From assembly GCF_016107685.1 (NCBI RefSeq), contig NZ_JABASY010000001.1:4187-28186 (forward strand): a stretch of 24,000 nt of DNA, in the 5' to 3' direction. A model generated the notes under the pieces. The model searched no databases and was not told where the DNA came from. It saw only the letters and a list, made by a program, of their open reading frames with translations. A program made the translations under genes and the position numbers. Positions 7,446 through 16,400 of the stretch are shown here, piece by piece (position 1 is the stretch's first letter; the number at the start of each line of letters is the position of its first letter). The stretch comes from Brevibacterium yomogidense. Lineage in GTDB: Bacteria; Actinomycetota; Actinomycetes; Actinomycetales; Brevibacteriaceae.

Positions 7446-7976
7446 TTACAACGTATTCGTCGTTGTCGAGTTGTCCACCCGCCACTGCGGACGACGGCTC
7501 TCACTGCCCGGGTCGACCACCAGCACCCGCAGCGGCGGCTCCACCGGGAACTCGAACCCACCCGCGCGCGCCTGCTCCGCCGCCCGCAGTCTCTCCTCAC
7601 GGCCGTGCATCCGCAGCTGGAGGTCGCCGTAGCGGAACGGATTACAGGTGAACACCTTCCAACGCAGCGCCCACGGCAGATACTTCGGACGCTCCGGCCC
7701 GTCCGCGATCCGCCCAGTGCCGGCCGGGCCCTCCACATCGATGAGCACGGTCACCCGTCGCTGGTCGTTGTCGTCCTGATGCCTCGCCGGCGACCTCGGC
7801 ACCGTCGTGACGACCACCGATCGCACGACACCGCGCAACGCACCGCGCCCCGCGACCACACCGGCCCGCCCTGGACGCGAGCGTCGGATCAGCCAGAACA
7901 CGACTGCGACCACCGCACCGAGGACGACGAGGAACACCACGGCCATGACGACGAAGGCGATGATTCCCAGGCTCAT
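7446..7976 (-). CDS. Hypothetical membrane-anchored protein (single N-terminal TM helix)
   Basis: 176-aa ORF with GC3-rich codon usage typical of the host. The N-terminus MSLGIIAFVVMAVVFLVVLGAVVAVVFWLIRR is a clear TM segment followed by basic residues. GGTGAAGG lies just upstream of the ATG. I recognise no family. Confidence 0.6.
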   Translation of the reverse strand: MSLGIIAFVVMAVVFLVVLGAVVAVVFWLIRRSRPGRAGVVAGRGALRGVVRSVVVTTVPRSPARHQDDNDQRRVTVLIDVEGPAGTGRIADGPERPKYLPWALRWKVFTCNPFRYGDLQLRMHGREERLRAAEQARAGGFEFPVEPPLRVLVVDPGSESRRPQWRVDNSTTTNTL

Positions 7977-8001
7977 GCCTTCACCCTACGACCCGTTAGC
8001 A

Positions 8002-8046
8002 GACGGAAGGGCCGGGAGGAGAACACTCCCTCCCGGCCCTTCCGTC
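8002..8046 (-). terminator. Strong GC-rich hairpin downstream of clpB (18-bp perfect stem, 9-nt loop)
   Basis: gacggaagggccgggagg (8002-8019) pairs perfectly with cctcccggcccttccgtc (8029-8046). It lies 67 nt after the clpB stop. There is no U-tract, i.e. the I-shaped terminator style common in Actinobacteria. Confidence 0.6.
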
Positions 8047-8112
8047 ATGGCGGAGCGGCACTCATGTCACCCCGCTGCACGGCTCATCGCACGGCAACCA
8101 CTCACCGCACCC

Positions 8113-10731
8113 TCACCGCACCGCGGTGAGCCTCAGCCCCGGTTCCTCGAACTCCGCAGGACGATCCACGGTGACGGAGTCCCCGTCGTGGATGTCGCCC
8201 GCGAGGATCTGCTTCGCCAGCCGGTCGCCGATCTCCCGCTGCACCAGCCTGCGCAGCGGTCGGGCACCGTACGCCGGGTCGTAGCCCTCGATCGCCAGCC
8301 AGTCCTTCGCGGCATCCGTCGCGGTGAGCGTGATCCGCTTCTCCGCCAGCCGCTTCTGCATCGCTGCGATCTGCAGGTCGACGATACGGGACAGCTCCTT
8401 CGTGCTGAGCGCGTCGAACACCACCACGTCGTCCAGCCTGTTGAGGAACTCCGGCTTGAACGACAGGTTGACGATCTCCATGACCTTCGACCGCTGCTCC
8501 TCCTTGCTGAGCTCCTGGTCGACCAGGAACTGTGAGCCCAGGTTGGAGGTGAGGACGAGGATCGTGTTCCGGAAGTCCACGGTCCTGCCCTGACCGTCCG
8601 TGAGCCGGCCGTCGTCCAGCACCTGCAGGAGGACGTCGAACACGTCCGGGTGGGCCTTCTCCACCTCGTCCAGCAGCACCACGGAGTACGGGCGCCTCCG
8701 CACGGCCTCCGTCAGCTGACCGCCGGACTCGTAGCCCACGTAGCCGGGAGGCGCACCCACCAGGCGGGACACGGAGTGCTTCTCCCCGTACTCGCTCATG
8801 TCGACGCGGACCATCGCCCGCTCGTCGTCGAAGAGGAAGTCCGCCAGCGACTTCGCAAGCTCCGTCTTGCCCACACCCGTGGGGCCCAGGAACAGGAACG
8901 AACCCGTGGGCCTGTCCGGGTCGGACACACCGGCGCGGGACCGGCGGATCGCGTCCGCGACCGTCTCCACGGCCGTGGTCTGCCCGATCAGCCGCTGACC
9001 GATCTCGTCCTCCGCGTGGAGCAGCTTCTCCCGCTCCCCCTGCAGCAGACGGCCGGCGGGGATGCCGGTCCAGGCGGCGACGACCTCGGCGATGTCGTCC
9101 GGGGTCACGTGGTCGCCCACCATGGGGCGGCCGGTGCCCGTCCCGGAACCGGAGCCGGCGTCGGCGGCCTCTGCGGCCTCGGCGGCGGCGATCTCCTTCT
9201 CCACGGCCGGGATCTCCCCGTACAGCAGGCGGGAGGCGGTCGCGAGGTCCGTGTCGCGGCGCGCGACCTCCGCCTGGTTCCGCAGCTCGTCGAGCTTCTC
9301 CTTCAGGTCGCCCACACGGTTGAGGCCCGCACGCTGACGCTCCCACACGGCGTTGAGCCCGCCCAGCTCCTCCTGCTTGTCCGCCAGCTCCTGCTGGAGT
9401 GCCGCCAGGCGCTCCTTCGAGGCAGGGTCGGACTCCTTCGACAGCGCCATCTCCTCCATCTTGAGGCGGTCGACGGCACGCTGCAGCTCGTCGATCTCGA
9501 TGGGGGCGGAGTCGATCTCCATGCGCAGGCGGGACGCCGCCTCGTCGACCAGGTCGATCGCCTTGTCCGGCAGCTGACGGTCCGCGATGTAGCGGTTCGA
9601 CAGGGACGCGGCGGCCACCAGGGCGGAGTCCGCGATCGTCACCTTGTGGTGCGCCTCGTACCGCTCCTTGAGGCCGCGGAGTATCGCGACCGAGTCCTCG
9701 ACGGTGGGCTCGCCGACGAACACCTGCTGGAAGCGCCGTTCCAGCGCGGGGTCCTTCTCGATGTTCTCCCGGTACTCGTCCAGCGTGGTCGCACCGATCA
9801 TGCGCAGCTCACCGCGGGCCAGCATGGGCTTGAGCATGTTGCCCGCGTCCATGGAGGAATCACCGCCGGCGCCGGCGCCCACGAGGGTGTGGATCTCGTC
9901 GATGAACGTGACGATCTCACCGTCGGCCTGCTTGATCTCCTCGAGCACGGCCTTGAGCCGCTCCTCGAACTCGCCGCGGTACTTCGCCCCGGCGACCATC
10001 GCGGACAGGTCGAGGCCCACCAGTCGCTTGTTCCGCAGCGACTCCGGCACGTCGCCCGCGACGATCCGCTGGGCGAGCCCTTCGACGACGGCGGTCTTGC
10101 CGACGCCGGGCTCACCGATGAGGATCGGGTTGTTCTTCGTCCGGCGGCTCAGCACCTGCACGACCCGGCGGATCTCCGCGTCGCGGCCTATGACGGGGTC
10201 CAGCTTCCCTTCACGCGCGGTCGCGGTGAGGTCGACGCCGAACTTCTCGAGCGACTGGAACGTGGACTCCGGGTCCTCGCTCGTCACCTTTTGCCCGCCC
10301 CGCACCTGGTCGAGGACGGCCAGCAGCGCCTCCCGAGTCGCGCCGGCGCGCTGCATCGCCTCACCGACGTCGCCGGTGTCCGCGGCAGCGCCCAGCAGCA
10401 GGTGCTCGGTGGACACGAACTGGTCCCCCAGCGCCTGCATCTCCTGCTCCGCTGCGTTGATGAGCTGCATGGAGGGCCGGGCCAAGCCCGGCTGAGTTAC
10501 GGAGGATCCGGAGACGGTCGGCTGGCCGTCCAGGATCCGTTCGGCAGCCCTGCCCAGGTCCGCCGCCGAGGCCCCCGCCGCTTCCAGCAGAGACACGGCG
10601 ATGCTGTCCGGCTGGGCCACGAGCTGCTTGAGGAGGTGGGCCGGTTCGATGTGTCCGTTGCCGCGGGCCACCGCGTCCTTCGCAGCGGCCCCCAGCACTT
10701 CTTGGCTCTTGGTCGTGAACTTCGCTTCCAT
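8113..10731 (-). CDS. clpB: ATP-dependent chaperone/disaggregase ClpB
   Basis: 872-aa ORF. It has two AAA+ modules ([15 protein letters not shown] and [15 protein letters not shown] Walker A motifs), a long coiled-coil middle domain, and the Clp_N-type N-terminus [18 protein letters not shown] lies 5 nt upstream of the ATG. Confidence 0.97.
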   Translation of the reverse strand: MEAKFTTKSQEVLGAAAKDAVARGNGHIEPAHLLKQLVAQPDSIAVSLLEAAGASAADLGRAAERILDGQPTVSGSSVTQPGLARPSMQLINAAEQEMQALGDQFVSTEHLLLGAAADTGDVGEAMQRAGATREALLAVLDQVRGGQKVTSEDPESTFQSLEKFGVDLTATAREGKLDPVIGRDAEIRRVVQVLSRRTKNNPILIGEPGVGKTAVVEGLAQRIVAGDVPESLRNKRLVGLDLSAMVAGAKYRGEFEERLKAVLEEIKQADGEIVTFIDEIHTLVGAGAGGDSSMDAGNMLKPMLARGELRMIGATTLDEYRENIEKDPALERRFQQVFVGEPTVEDSVAILRGLKERYEAHHKVTIADSALVAAASLSNRYIADRQLPDKAIDLVDEAASRLRMEIDSAPIEIDELQRAVDRLKMEEMALSKESDPASKERLAALQQELADKQEELGGLNAVWERQRAGLNRVGDLKEKLDELRNQAEVARRDTDLATASRLLYGEIPAVEKEIAAAEAAEAADAGSGSGTGTGRPMVGDHVTPDDIAEVVAAWTGIPAGRLLQGEREKLLHAEDEIGQRLIGQTTAVETVADAIRRSRAGVSDPDRPTGSFLFLGPTGVGKTELAKSLADFLFDDERAMVRVDMSEYGEKHSVSRLVGAPPGYVGYESGGQLTEAVRRRPYSVVLLDEVEKAHPDVFDVLLQVLDDGRLTDGQGRTVDFRNTILVLTSNLGSQFLVDQELSKEEQRSKVMEIVNLSFKPEFLNRLDDVVVFDALSTKELSRIVDLQIAAMQKRLAEKRITLTATDAAKDWLAIEGYDPAYGARPLRRLVQREIGDRLAKQILAGDIHDGDSVTVDRPAEFEEPGLRLTAVR

Positions 10732-10781
10732 AGGTCCTTCTTCCCACAGAGATGACGTGTATGCCAGATCAACATCACCAA

Positions 10782-10802
10782 AGTTGAGTCTATTCCACTC
10801 AA
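10782..10802. promoter_or_regulatory. HAIR element (HspR-associated inverted repeat), putative HspR operator of clpB
   Basis: On the clpB strand the site reads CTTGAGT-ggaatag-ACTCAAC, matching the published HAIR consensus CTTGAGT-N7-ACTCAAG at 13 of 14 positions. It lies 51-71 nt upstream of the clpB ATG. clpB is a known HspR regulon member in Streptomyces and Mycobacterium. Confidence 0.75.
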
Positions 10803-10893
10803 GGCTGCTTTTCTGGCCCTCCCCTAGAATCGAAGCGTTGATCCCGCCTGCCGTGTTCCGGCAGTGCTCGCTTCTCCGCCAAGGACGTCCTCC

Positions 10894-12162
10894 ATGTCAC
10901 ACGACGCACCGCTGTCGACCGAGCCGTCGTCACCTGCTGCCCCGGGGGCGGACGATGCGGCGTCGACGGTGCGTCTCTTCACGGCGGGGAAGCACATCAC
11001 GATGTGCTTCGCCCTAGAGCTTGCGGACCTCGCAGAGGAGATCCGCGAGCTGTGGGCACACGTGGTGGACGACGGAGAAGCGGCCCCTGATGCACTGGAG
11101 CTGCGGTTCATGGGGCACGGCTCGACTGACACAGGCGGCGCGGGCCAGGCTGCCGCCACGAGCGCCCCCGCGTACCGCCTGCGCCCCGACGACCCGGGCA
11201 ACTCCTTCATCGTGTCCGGCCGGGTGACGACCGCGCTCATCCGGGACATGGCCGGCGAACGGATCCTCCTCCACGCTGGCGCCGTCGAGCTGCCGGACCT
11301 GGGCACGGTGCTGGTCGTCGGCCCGTCCGGCGCCGGGAAGTCGACGTCGACCGCAGCGCTGGGGCAGAACGGCACCTATCTCACGGACGAGCTCTCGATC
11401 CTCGACCCGGAGGGCTTCCGCGTCACGGCGTACCCGAAGCCCGTTTCCCGCGTCATGGAGCGCGGCGAGGCACACCCGTCACGGTCGGCTGCAGGCAGCC
11501 GGAGCAAGAGCGACATCGCTCTGAGCGCGCTCACACTGGAGCCCGGCCTCCACGGGACAGCGCCGTCTCACGTCCTCCTGCTCGATCGACAGCCTGCGGA
11601 TGAGCGCTCTGCAGGTGGAGGTTCTTCTGCGGGCCCCCCTGTGACGGCGGAGCGCACCCCGACAGTGGAAGCGGTGCACACGCTGTCCGCGCAATCGTCC
11701 TCGACGTGGCGCGTGGACAATGGGCTCGCCCGGCTCATGCTGCTGCTGGACCACTGCGGCGGGGCGCTGACCGTCCGCTATCGAGAAGCAACCGATCTCG
11801 TGGCGCAGCTGCCCGACCTCGTCACGATCCCTGCCCACCACCCCGAGTGGCGGCACGTGCCCGGCCGCGGCTCCGCCGCGCCTGGTCCCGGCGAGTATGC
11901 GATCACCACGTTCAGCGACGCGGTCGCGCTCGCAGAATCGTTCGTCGTCCTGAGGAAGGGCACGCTCGTGTCGACGCAGGGCCTGGGGGCTCTCGTCTGG
12001 GACATCCTGGAGCTCTCCGGTCCCCTCACGAGGGAGGCGCTCCTCGCGGAGATCATCGACGTGCTGGGTGAGAACCCGCAGGCCGACGAACTGCTGGACA
12101 GCGCACTCACGTCACTCCTGGATGAGCGGCTGATCGTCCACGGCGGTGCAGCCGAGGAGTAA
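10894..12162 (+). CDS. Fusion protein: HPr-kinase-like (HprK C-terminal-like) P-loop domain plus C-terminal PqqD-like (RiPP recognition element-type) domain
   Basis: [49 protein letters not shown] is the pattern of HprK-related P-loop proteins (LHAxAV ... GPSGxGKST ... DE). The C-terminal ~85 aa ([66 protein letters not shown]) follows the PqqD pattern. I chose ATG 10894 because AAGGA lies 8 nt upstream; the track ORF starts at GTG 10864. Confidence 0.7.
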   Translation: MSHDAPLSTEPSSPAAPGADDAASTVRLFTAGKHITMCFALELADLAEEIRELWAHVVDDGEAAPDALELRFMGHGSTDTGGAGQAAATSAPAYRLRPDDPGNSFIVSGRVTTALIRDMAGERILLHAGAVELPDLGTVLVVGPSGAGKSTSTAALGQNGTYLTDELSILDPEGFRVTAYPKPVSRVMERGEAHPSRSAAGSRSKSDIALSALTLEPGLHGTAPSHVLLLDRQPADERSAGGGSSAGPPVTAERTPTVEAVHTLSAQSSSTWRVDNGLARLMLLLDHCGGALTVRYREATDLVAQLPDLVTIPAHHPEWRHVPGRGSAAPGPGEYAITTFSDAVALAESFVVLRKGTLVSTQGLGALVWDILELSGPLTREALLAEIIDVLGENPQADELLDSALTSLLDERLIVHGGAAEE

Positions 12163-12239
12163 GAGGCCTGCCGGGGCCGGGGGCGGCCGAAGAGCAGAAG
12201 CCCCTCCCATCGCGGGTCGCAGGCCCCTAGCATGGGGAC

Positions 12240-13013
12240 ATGTCTGATCTCATCCTGTCCTCCACGCAGAACAACGTCACGACGCTCACCCTCAACTCCC
12301 CGCAGACGCGCAATGCCCTATCCATGGAGCTCATGGGCCAGTTGCGTGACGCGCTCGTCGCGATCGGTGACGACACGTCGGTCCACGTGGTCGTCCTCGC
12401 CGCCGAGGGCCCTGTGTTCTCCTCGGGGCACAACCTCAAGGAGGTTCGTGGCGCAGACCATGCGCGGCAGCAGGAGATCTTCGACCTCTGCACGGACCTC
12501 ATGCTCACCGTCCAGCGGACCCCTCAGCCCGTCATCGCCCGCGTGCACGGCCTGGCGACCGCGGCGGGAGCGCAGCTGGCCGCCACCTGCGACCTCGTGG
12601 TCGCCGCCCGGTCCGCGGCGTTCGCCACGCCTGGTGTGAAGATCGGCCTGTTCTGCTCGACGCCGGGTGTGGCTATCGCACGCGCCGTGCCGACGAAGCA
12701 GGCGATGCGCATGCTGCTGACGGGCGACCCCGTCAGTGCGGAGCGCGCACTGGACCTGGGTCTGGTGTCCGACGTCGTCGACGACGCGCAGCTGATCCGG
12801 GCGACGGATGAGCTCGCGACGAAGATCGCACAGGCGTCGTCCGCCACTGTCGCGATCGGCAAGGAGGCGTTCTATCGACAGATCAGCATGCCCGTCGAGG
12901 ACGCGTACCGGGAGATGTCGGACACGATGGCGAAGAATGCCGTGATCGACGATGCGCAGGAAGGCATCGACGCGTTCCTCACGAAGCGCGACCCGGAGTG
13001 GAAGGGTCGCTGA
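12240..13013 (+). CDS. Enoyl-CoA hydratase/isomerase (crotonase) family protein
   Basis: 257-aa ORF. VVVLAAEGPVFSSGHNLKE and VIARVHGLATAAGAQLAATCDLVVAA are the crotonase oxyanion-hole regions. The C-terminus DAQEGIDAFLTKRDPEWKG is typical of the family. Confidence 0.9.
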   Translation: MSDLILSSTQNNVTTLTLNSPQTRNALSMELMGQLRDALVAIGDDTSVHVVVLAAEGPVFSSGHNLKEVRGADHARQQEIFDLCTDLMLTVQRTPQPVIARVHGLATAAGAQLAATCDLVVAARSAAFATPGVKIGLFCSTPGVAIARAVPTKQAMRMLLTGDPVSAERALDLGLVSDVVDDAQLIRATDELATKIAQASSATVAIGKEAFYRQISMPVEDAYREMSDTMAKNAVIDDAQEGIDAFLTKRDPEWKGR

Positions 13014-13143
13014 AGCCGGCCAGGGTGAGTTCCGGCACCTCCGGCACGGCGCCTCGCGCGTGTTCGGCACGTCTGCCGACCTCGGTGCCGAGCAGGGGCT
13101 AGCCTGGTGGGCACCCGCCCCGGAACGAGGAGTCTGCTGCCCC

Positions 13144-14082
13144 ATGACCGTCATCGTCACCGGCGCTTCCGGACTGGTCGGAGGAGCCGTCGTCCGCGCC
13201 CTGCAGACACGTGGCACCCCTGTGCTCACCGTCGGAGGCCCCGACCCGGATCTGCCGTCGCGCATCCACCACATCGACTGGGATCTGCGGGAGGACGCCC
13301 CTGTCGATGCCACCGCGCTGGCGCCTCGGGTGACCGCGGTCGTCCACTGCGCGCGGATGAGTGACGACTGGGGCGACGCGGACGACTTCCACGCCGTCAA
13401 CGTCGCCGGCACGCGACGCGTCCTGGACACCTACCCGCAGGCGCGGTTCATCCACCTGTCGTCGACGGCCGTGTACGGGCTGCTCGGTGAGCACACCCGC
13501 CTCTACGAAGAGGCCGGCCCCCGCGATCAGGCCGACTACCGTGACGAGTTCGCCCGCACCGCTGCGTTGGCCGAGGCCGTCGTCACCCGCGTGCAGCCCA
13601 AGGCCCTCATCCTCCGCCCTGCCCGCATCTATGCCCCCGGCGAGGACGACGGCGTCTACGCGTCACTGTCCCGCTTCGCCCGTCGTGGTGTCTTCGCACT
13701 GCCCGGTGGCGCGAAGGTCCACACGATGCTCGCCCACGTCGACAACGTCGTGACCGCTGTGCTCGCAGGATTGGACCGCCCGCACGTCCGCGGGCCGATC
13801 AACGTCGCAGACCCTCAGCCGTACGTCCTCCACGAGGCGATCAACACCTACCTCGCACGGACGGACCACCCGCACACACCCCTCGACACGCGGCCGGCGG
13901 ATCTGGCGATCGCGCGCGCGTGGCTCGCACAGAAGCGGGTGAAGACGCCCTCTGCTCAGAATCGCCCCACGCACACGGTCACAGAGATCGAGGCGTACGT
14001 CCGCGCACGCAGCTACGACCTGTCGCGACTGCGGAACCTCCTGAGCGTCGAACCCGCCCAGCACCTGGCCTCGCAGGGCTGA
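13144..14082 (+). CDS. NAD-dependent epimerase/dehydratase family (extended SDR) protein
   Basis: MTVIVTGASGLVGGAVVRAL is the Rossmann GxxGxxG motif placed right at the N-terminus. GAGGAG lies 11 nt upstream of ATG 13144. The track ORF (from 12952) would overlap the crotonase gene. Confidence 0.85.
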   Translation: MTVIVTGASGLVGGAVVRALQTRGTPVLTVGGPDPDLPSRIHHIDWDLREDAPVDATALAPRVTAVVHCARMSDDWGDADDFHAVNVAGTRRVLDTYPQARFIHLSSTAVYGLLGEHTRLYEEAGPRDQADYRDEFARTAALAEAVVTRVQPKALILRPARIYAPGEDDGVYASLSRFARRGVFALPGGAKVHTMLAHVDNVVTAVLAGLDRPHVRGPINVADPQPYVLHEAINTYLARTDHPHTPLDTRPADLAIARAWLAQKRVKTPSAQNRPTHTVTEIEAYVRARSYDLSRLRNLLSVEPAQHLASQG

Positions 14083-14099
14083 CGACCGCCAACCCCGCA

Positions 14100-14139
14100 C
14101 CAAACTCAAAACTCCAAATCACATTTTGAGTTGTTTTGG
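14100..14139. terminator. AT-rich hairpin between convergent genes (putative bidirectional terminator)
   Basis: In ccaaactcaaaa-ctccaaatcaca-ttttgagttgttttgg, ctcaaaa pairs with ttttgag and ccaaa pairs with tttgg across a small bulge. T-runs are available on both strands. It is the only strongly AT-rich stretch between the epimerase stop (14082) and the LCP stop (14161). Confidence 0.6.
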
Positions 14140-14160
14140 ACTTGTGTGAGGCTCCACCAC

Positions 14161-15306
14161 TCAGAGGTGGACGGTATCCGCTGTCGCCGCGTACTCGTCG
14201 ACGGTGTCGTTCGCGAAGGCATCCTGGATCTCCGCCTGCTTGCCCTCGTCGACGTTGAGGATCGCCTGGCCGTCACCGGACCGGCCTGCACCGGAGATCG
14301 GTGCGGAGAAGAACTGCACGTCACCCGAACGGATGCTGCGCAACTCGTACGCAAGGCCCGCGATCTTCGATGCATCCAGCTTCGCGTCGACCGTCATGTA
14401 CGGGGAGAAGTCACGGACGATGCCCGCGACCTTCGCCGGGTTGCCCAGGGTGTCTGCCGTGACGATCTCGTCCATGAGGCCCGTGAGGTAGGCCTGCTGG
14501 TTGCGGATGCGCTGCAGGTCGCCGTCGGCGAACATCTTCCGTGCGCGGACGAACGGCAGAGCTTCTTCGCCGGACAGCTCGTTGGTGCCCTCCGTGTACG
14601 AATGCCCGTCGATCTCGAACGCCGTCTCCGACTGGACCGTCACGCCGCCCACGCTGTCGGTGAGCGCCTTGAAGCCCTCGAAGTCCATGATCGCGACGTG
14701 ATGGATGGGGGCACCGATGAAATCGCTGATCGTCTGTGTGGCGAGCGGCAGACCGCCGTAGCTCATCGCGGCGTTGATCTTCGCCTTGCCGTGGCCTTCG
14801 ATGTCCACCCACGAATCGCGGGGGATCGACATGACCTGCACACCCTCCCGGTCACCGCTGATGTGCATGACCATGATCGTGTCCGACCTGTTGCCGCGCG
14901 CATCACCTTCGTAATCGACGTCCTCGTCACGGGCGTCGGAGCCCAGCAGCAGGATGTTGAGGTCCGAGTCGGACACGGGCTGCTCTCCCCCGAACACCTC
15001 GTCCTCACCCAGCTGGTTCGAGTTCTTGTCCCACAGGCTGCCCAGGTAGAACACGTAGCCGACGACTGCCGCGATGAGGACCAGCAGGAGGACGAGGAAG
15101 CCTGCGAGCACCTTCCGGCCCGTCTTCTTCTTGTGAGGGTGCCTGCTGATCCGGGACGATCCGCCGCTGCGGGAACCGCGTCCGCGCCGGGACCTGCGGT
15201 CGTCCTGGCGTTCCTCGTTGAGCGAGTCGTAGTCGTACTCCGAGGCCGAGCTGCTGGCGTTCGTCCCAGGGCCGAAGAGCGAATCGAAGTCGGAGTTCTG
15301 TGTCAC
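14161..15306 (-). CDS. LytR-CpsA-Psr (LCP) family cell-wall glycopolymer ligase
   Basis: 381-aa ORF. A basic cytoplasmic N-terminus is followed by one TM helix (VLAGFLVLLLVLIAAVVGYVF). LNILLLGSDARDED...RSDTIMVMHISGDREGVQVMSIPRDSWV...KINAAMSYGG are the LCP domain signature blocks. Confidence 0.9.
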   Translation of the reverse strand: MTQNSDFDSLFGPGTNASSSASEYDYDSLNEERQDDRRSRRGRGSRSGGSSRISRHPHKKKTGRKVLAGFLVLLLVLIAAVVGYVFYLGSLWDKNSNQLGEDEVFGGEQPVSDSDLNILLLGSDARDEDVDYEGDARGNRSDTIMVMHISGDREGVQVMSIPRDSWVDIEGHGKAKINAAMSYGGLPLATQTISDFIGAPIHHVAIMDFEGFKALTDSVGGVTVQSETAFEIDGHSYTEGTNELSGEEALPFVRARKMFADGDLQRIRNQQAYLTGLMDEIVTADTLGNPAKVAGIVRDFSPYMTVDAKLDASKIAGLAYELRSIRSGDVQFFSAPISGAGRSGDGQAILNVDEGKQAEIQDAFANDTVDEYAATADTVHL

Positions 15307-15422
15307 GCGCCGTCCTCGTACGTGTGTGTGCGCCGGTCCGGACGGGGTGATCGTCCAGCGCGCAGTGATGTGTGCCCGGTGAAGTCTACTCGTCAGTCAG
15401 TGATTCCCACATCCGAACGACG

Positions 15423-16400
15423 CTAGGCTCCCCCGGTCACCTCGTCCAGCCACTCCTGGGCCCGGTCGAACGCGTCGTCTGCGACGCGCGGATCCACGGC
15501 CTTCTTCGTCCCGTTGAGCTCCGTGCGGGTGGCCGATGCCATCGGGTACGAACCCAGGAACTGCACGTGGGCGGCGACCCGGTGGATGCCCCGCAGCGCC
15601 TCGGCAACCCGCGCTTCCCGCACATGGCCCAGAGCGTCGATGGAGAACTGGTAGAGGCCCAGGCCTCCTCCGGTGGGCCGCGATTCGATGCGGGACATGT
15701 TGACGCCGCGCGCGGACAGCTGCTCGAGCATCTCCAGCAGAGCTCCTGCCCGGTCGCTGGCCAGCCCCACGACGAACGTGCTGCGGTCCCAGCCGGTGGG
15801 CTCCGGGATGGACCCCGGCCGCTGGACGCAGATGAATCGCGTCTGGGCGTCCGTGTTCTCCCCGATGTCGTCGGCAAGCACCTCCAGCCCGTACGTCTGC
15901 GCGGCCAGCATCGGGCCGATCGCCGCCTGGTACGGCACGTCGGCCGACGCTGCGAGGTCTCGCGCGGCAGCCGCGGTCGAGGACGTGGGCTGGTACTCCG
16001 CCAACGGCGCGTGCTCCTGCATCCAGAGCCGCGCCTGCGCCTCCGCGTGCGGGTGTGTCCCATAGGAGCGCAGCGTCTCGAGCGTGACGGTTCCGGGCCG
16101 GGCGGCGAGGACGAAGCGGACGGGGACGACCGCCTCGGCGACGATCTGCAGGCGTCCGTACCGGGTGAGCGCGTCCAGGGTGGCCGGCACCCCGCCCTCG
16201 ACGGAATTCTCGATGGGGACGACGGCGGCGTCCACCTCACCGCTGCGCACAGCCTGGAGCATCGCGTCCGCGGACCGCATGGGAATGCGCTCCGCGGTGT
16301 CGAGCTGGCCGCGTTCGGTGAGGAGGTCGATGAGGGCGGCCTCGGTGAAGGTCGCCGCGGGACCCAGGTAGGCGTAGCGGCGGGCAGCGGGCTGCGTCAT
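15423..16400 (-). CDS. pheA: Prephenate dehydratase
   Basis: AYLGPAATFTEAA, AVVPIENSVEGGV and an ACT domain with ESRPTGGGLGLYQFSIDALGH. I chose the start at ATG 16400 (MTQPAARRYAYLGP), which overlaps the upstream gene's stop by 4 nt (ATGA). The track's 421-aa version adds an Arg/Pro-rich N-terminus that overlaps that gene. Confidence 0.9.
   Translation of the reverse strand: MTQPAARRYAYLGPAATFTEAALIDLLTERGQLDTAERIPMRSADAMLQAVRSGEVDAAVVPIENSVEGGVPATLDALTRYGRLQIVAEAVVPVRFVLAARPGTVTLETLRSYGTHPHAEAQARLWMQEHAPLAEYQPTSSTAAAARDLAASADVPYQAAIGPMLAAQTYGLEVLADDIGENTDAQTRFICVQRPGSIPEPTGWDRSTFVVGLASDRAGALLEMLEQLSARGVNMSRIESRPTGGGLGLYQFSIDALGHVREARVAEALRGIHRVAAHVQFLGSYPMASATRTELNGTKKAVDPRVADDAFDRAQEWLDEVTGGA

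Noticed and set aside
8112-8130. Perfect hairpin ctcaccgc-acc-gcggtgag and the direct repeat ctcaccgcacc x2 at the clpB stop codon.
   Set aside because: It lies largely within the clpB coding end (LTAVR*), has only an 8-bp stem, and the much stronger 18-bp hairpin at 8002-8046 is the better terminator candidate.
8650-10755. 701-aa ORF on the plus strand opposite clpB. Similar long antisense or out-of-frame ORFs include 8102-9346(-), 12318-13430(-), 14131-15426(+), 15372-16523(+), 19192-20490(-), 20343-22289(+) and 22430-23704(+).
   Set aside because: All are Arg/Gly/Pro/Ala-rich with no recognisable motifs. Each lies opposite or out of frame with a gene that carries clear family signatures. 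Long stop-free antisense frames are expected in ~70% GC DNA.
10751-10786. 11-codon ORF ([11 protein letters not shown]) in the clpB/HprK-PqqD intergenic region, considered as a candidate RiPP precursor for the adjacent RRE-containing protein.
   Set aside because: It has no SD, overlaps the left arm of the HAIR operator and the likely clpB promoter, is very short with no leader/core organisation, and uses poor codons. It is most likely a chance ORF.
14104-14131. ACTCAA ... TTGAGT hexamers in the 14100-14139 hairpin, considered as a third HAIR-related site.
   Set aside because: The half-sites are in everted order with 16-nt spacing between convergent gene ends. An AT-rich terminator hairpin explains the sequence better than an HspR operator.
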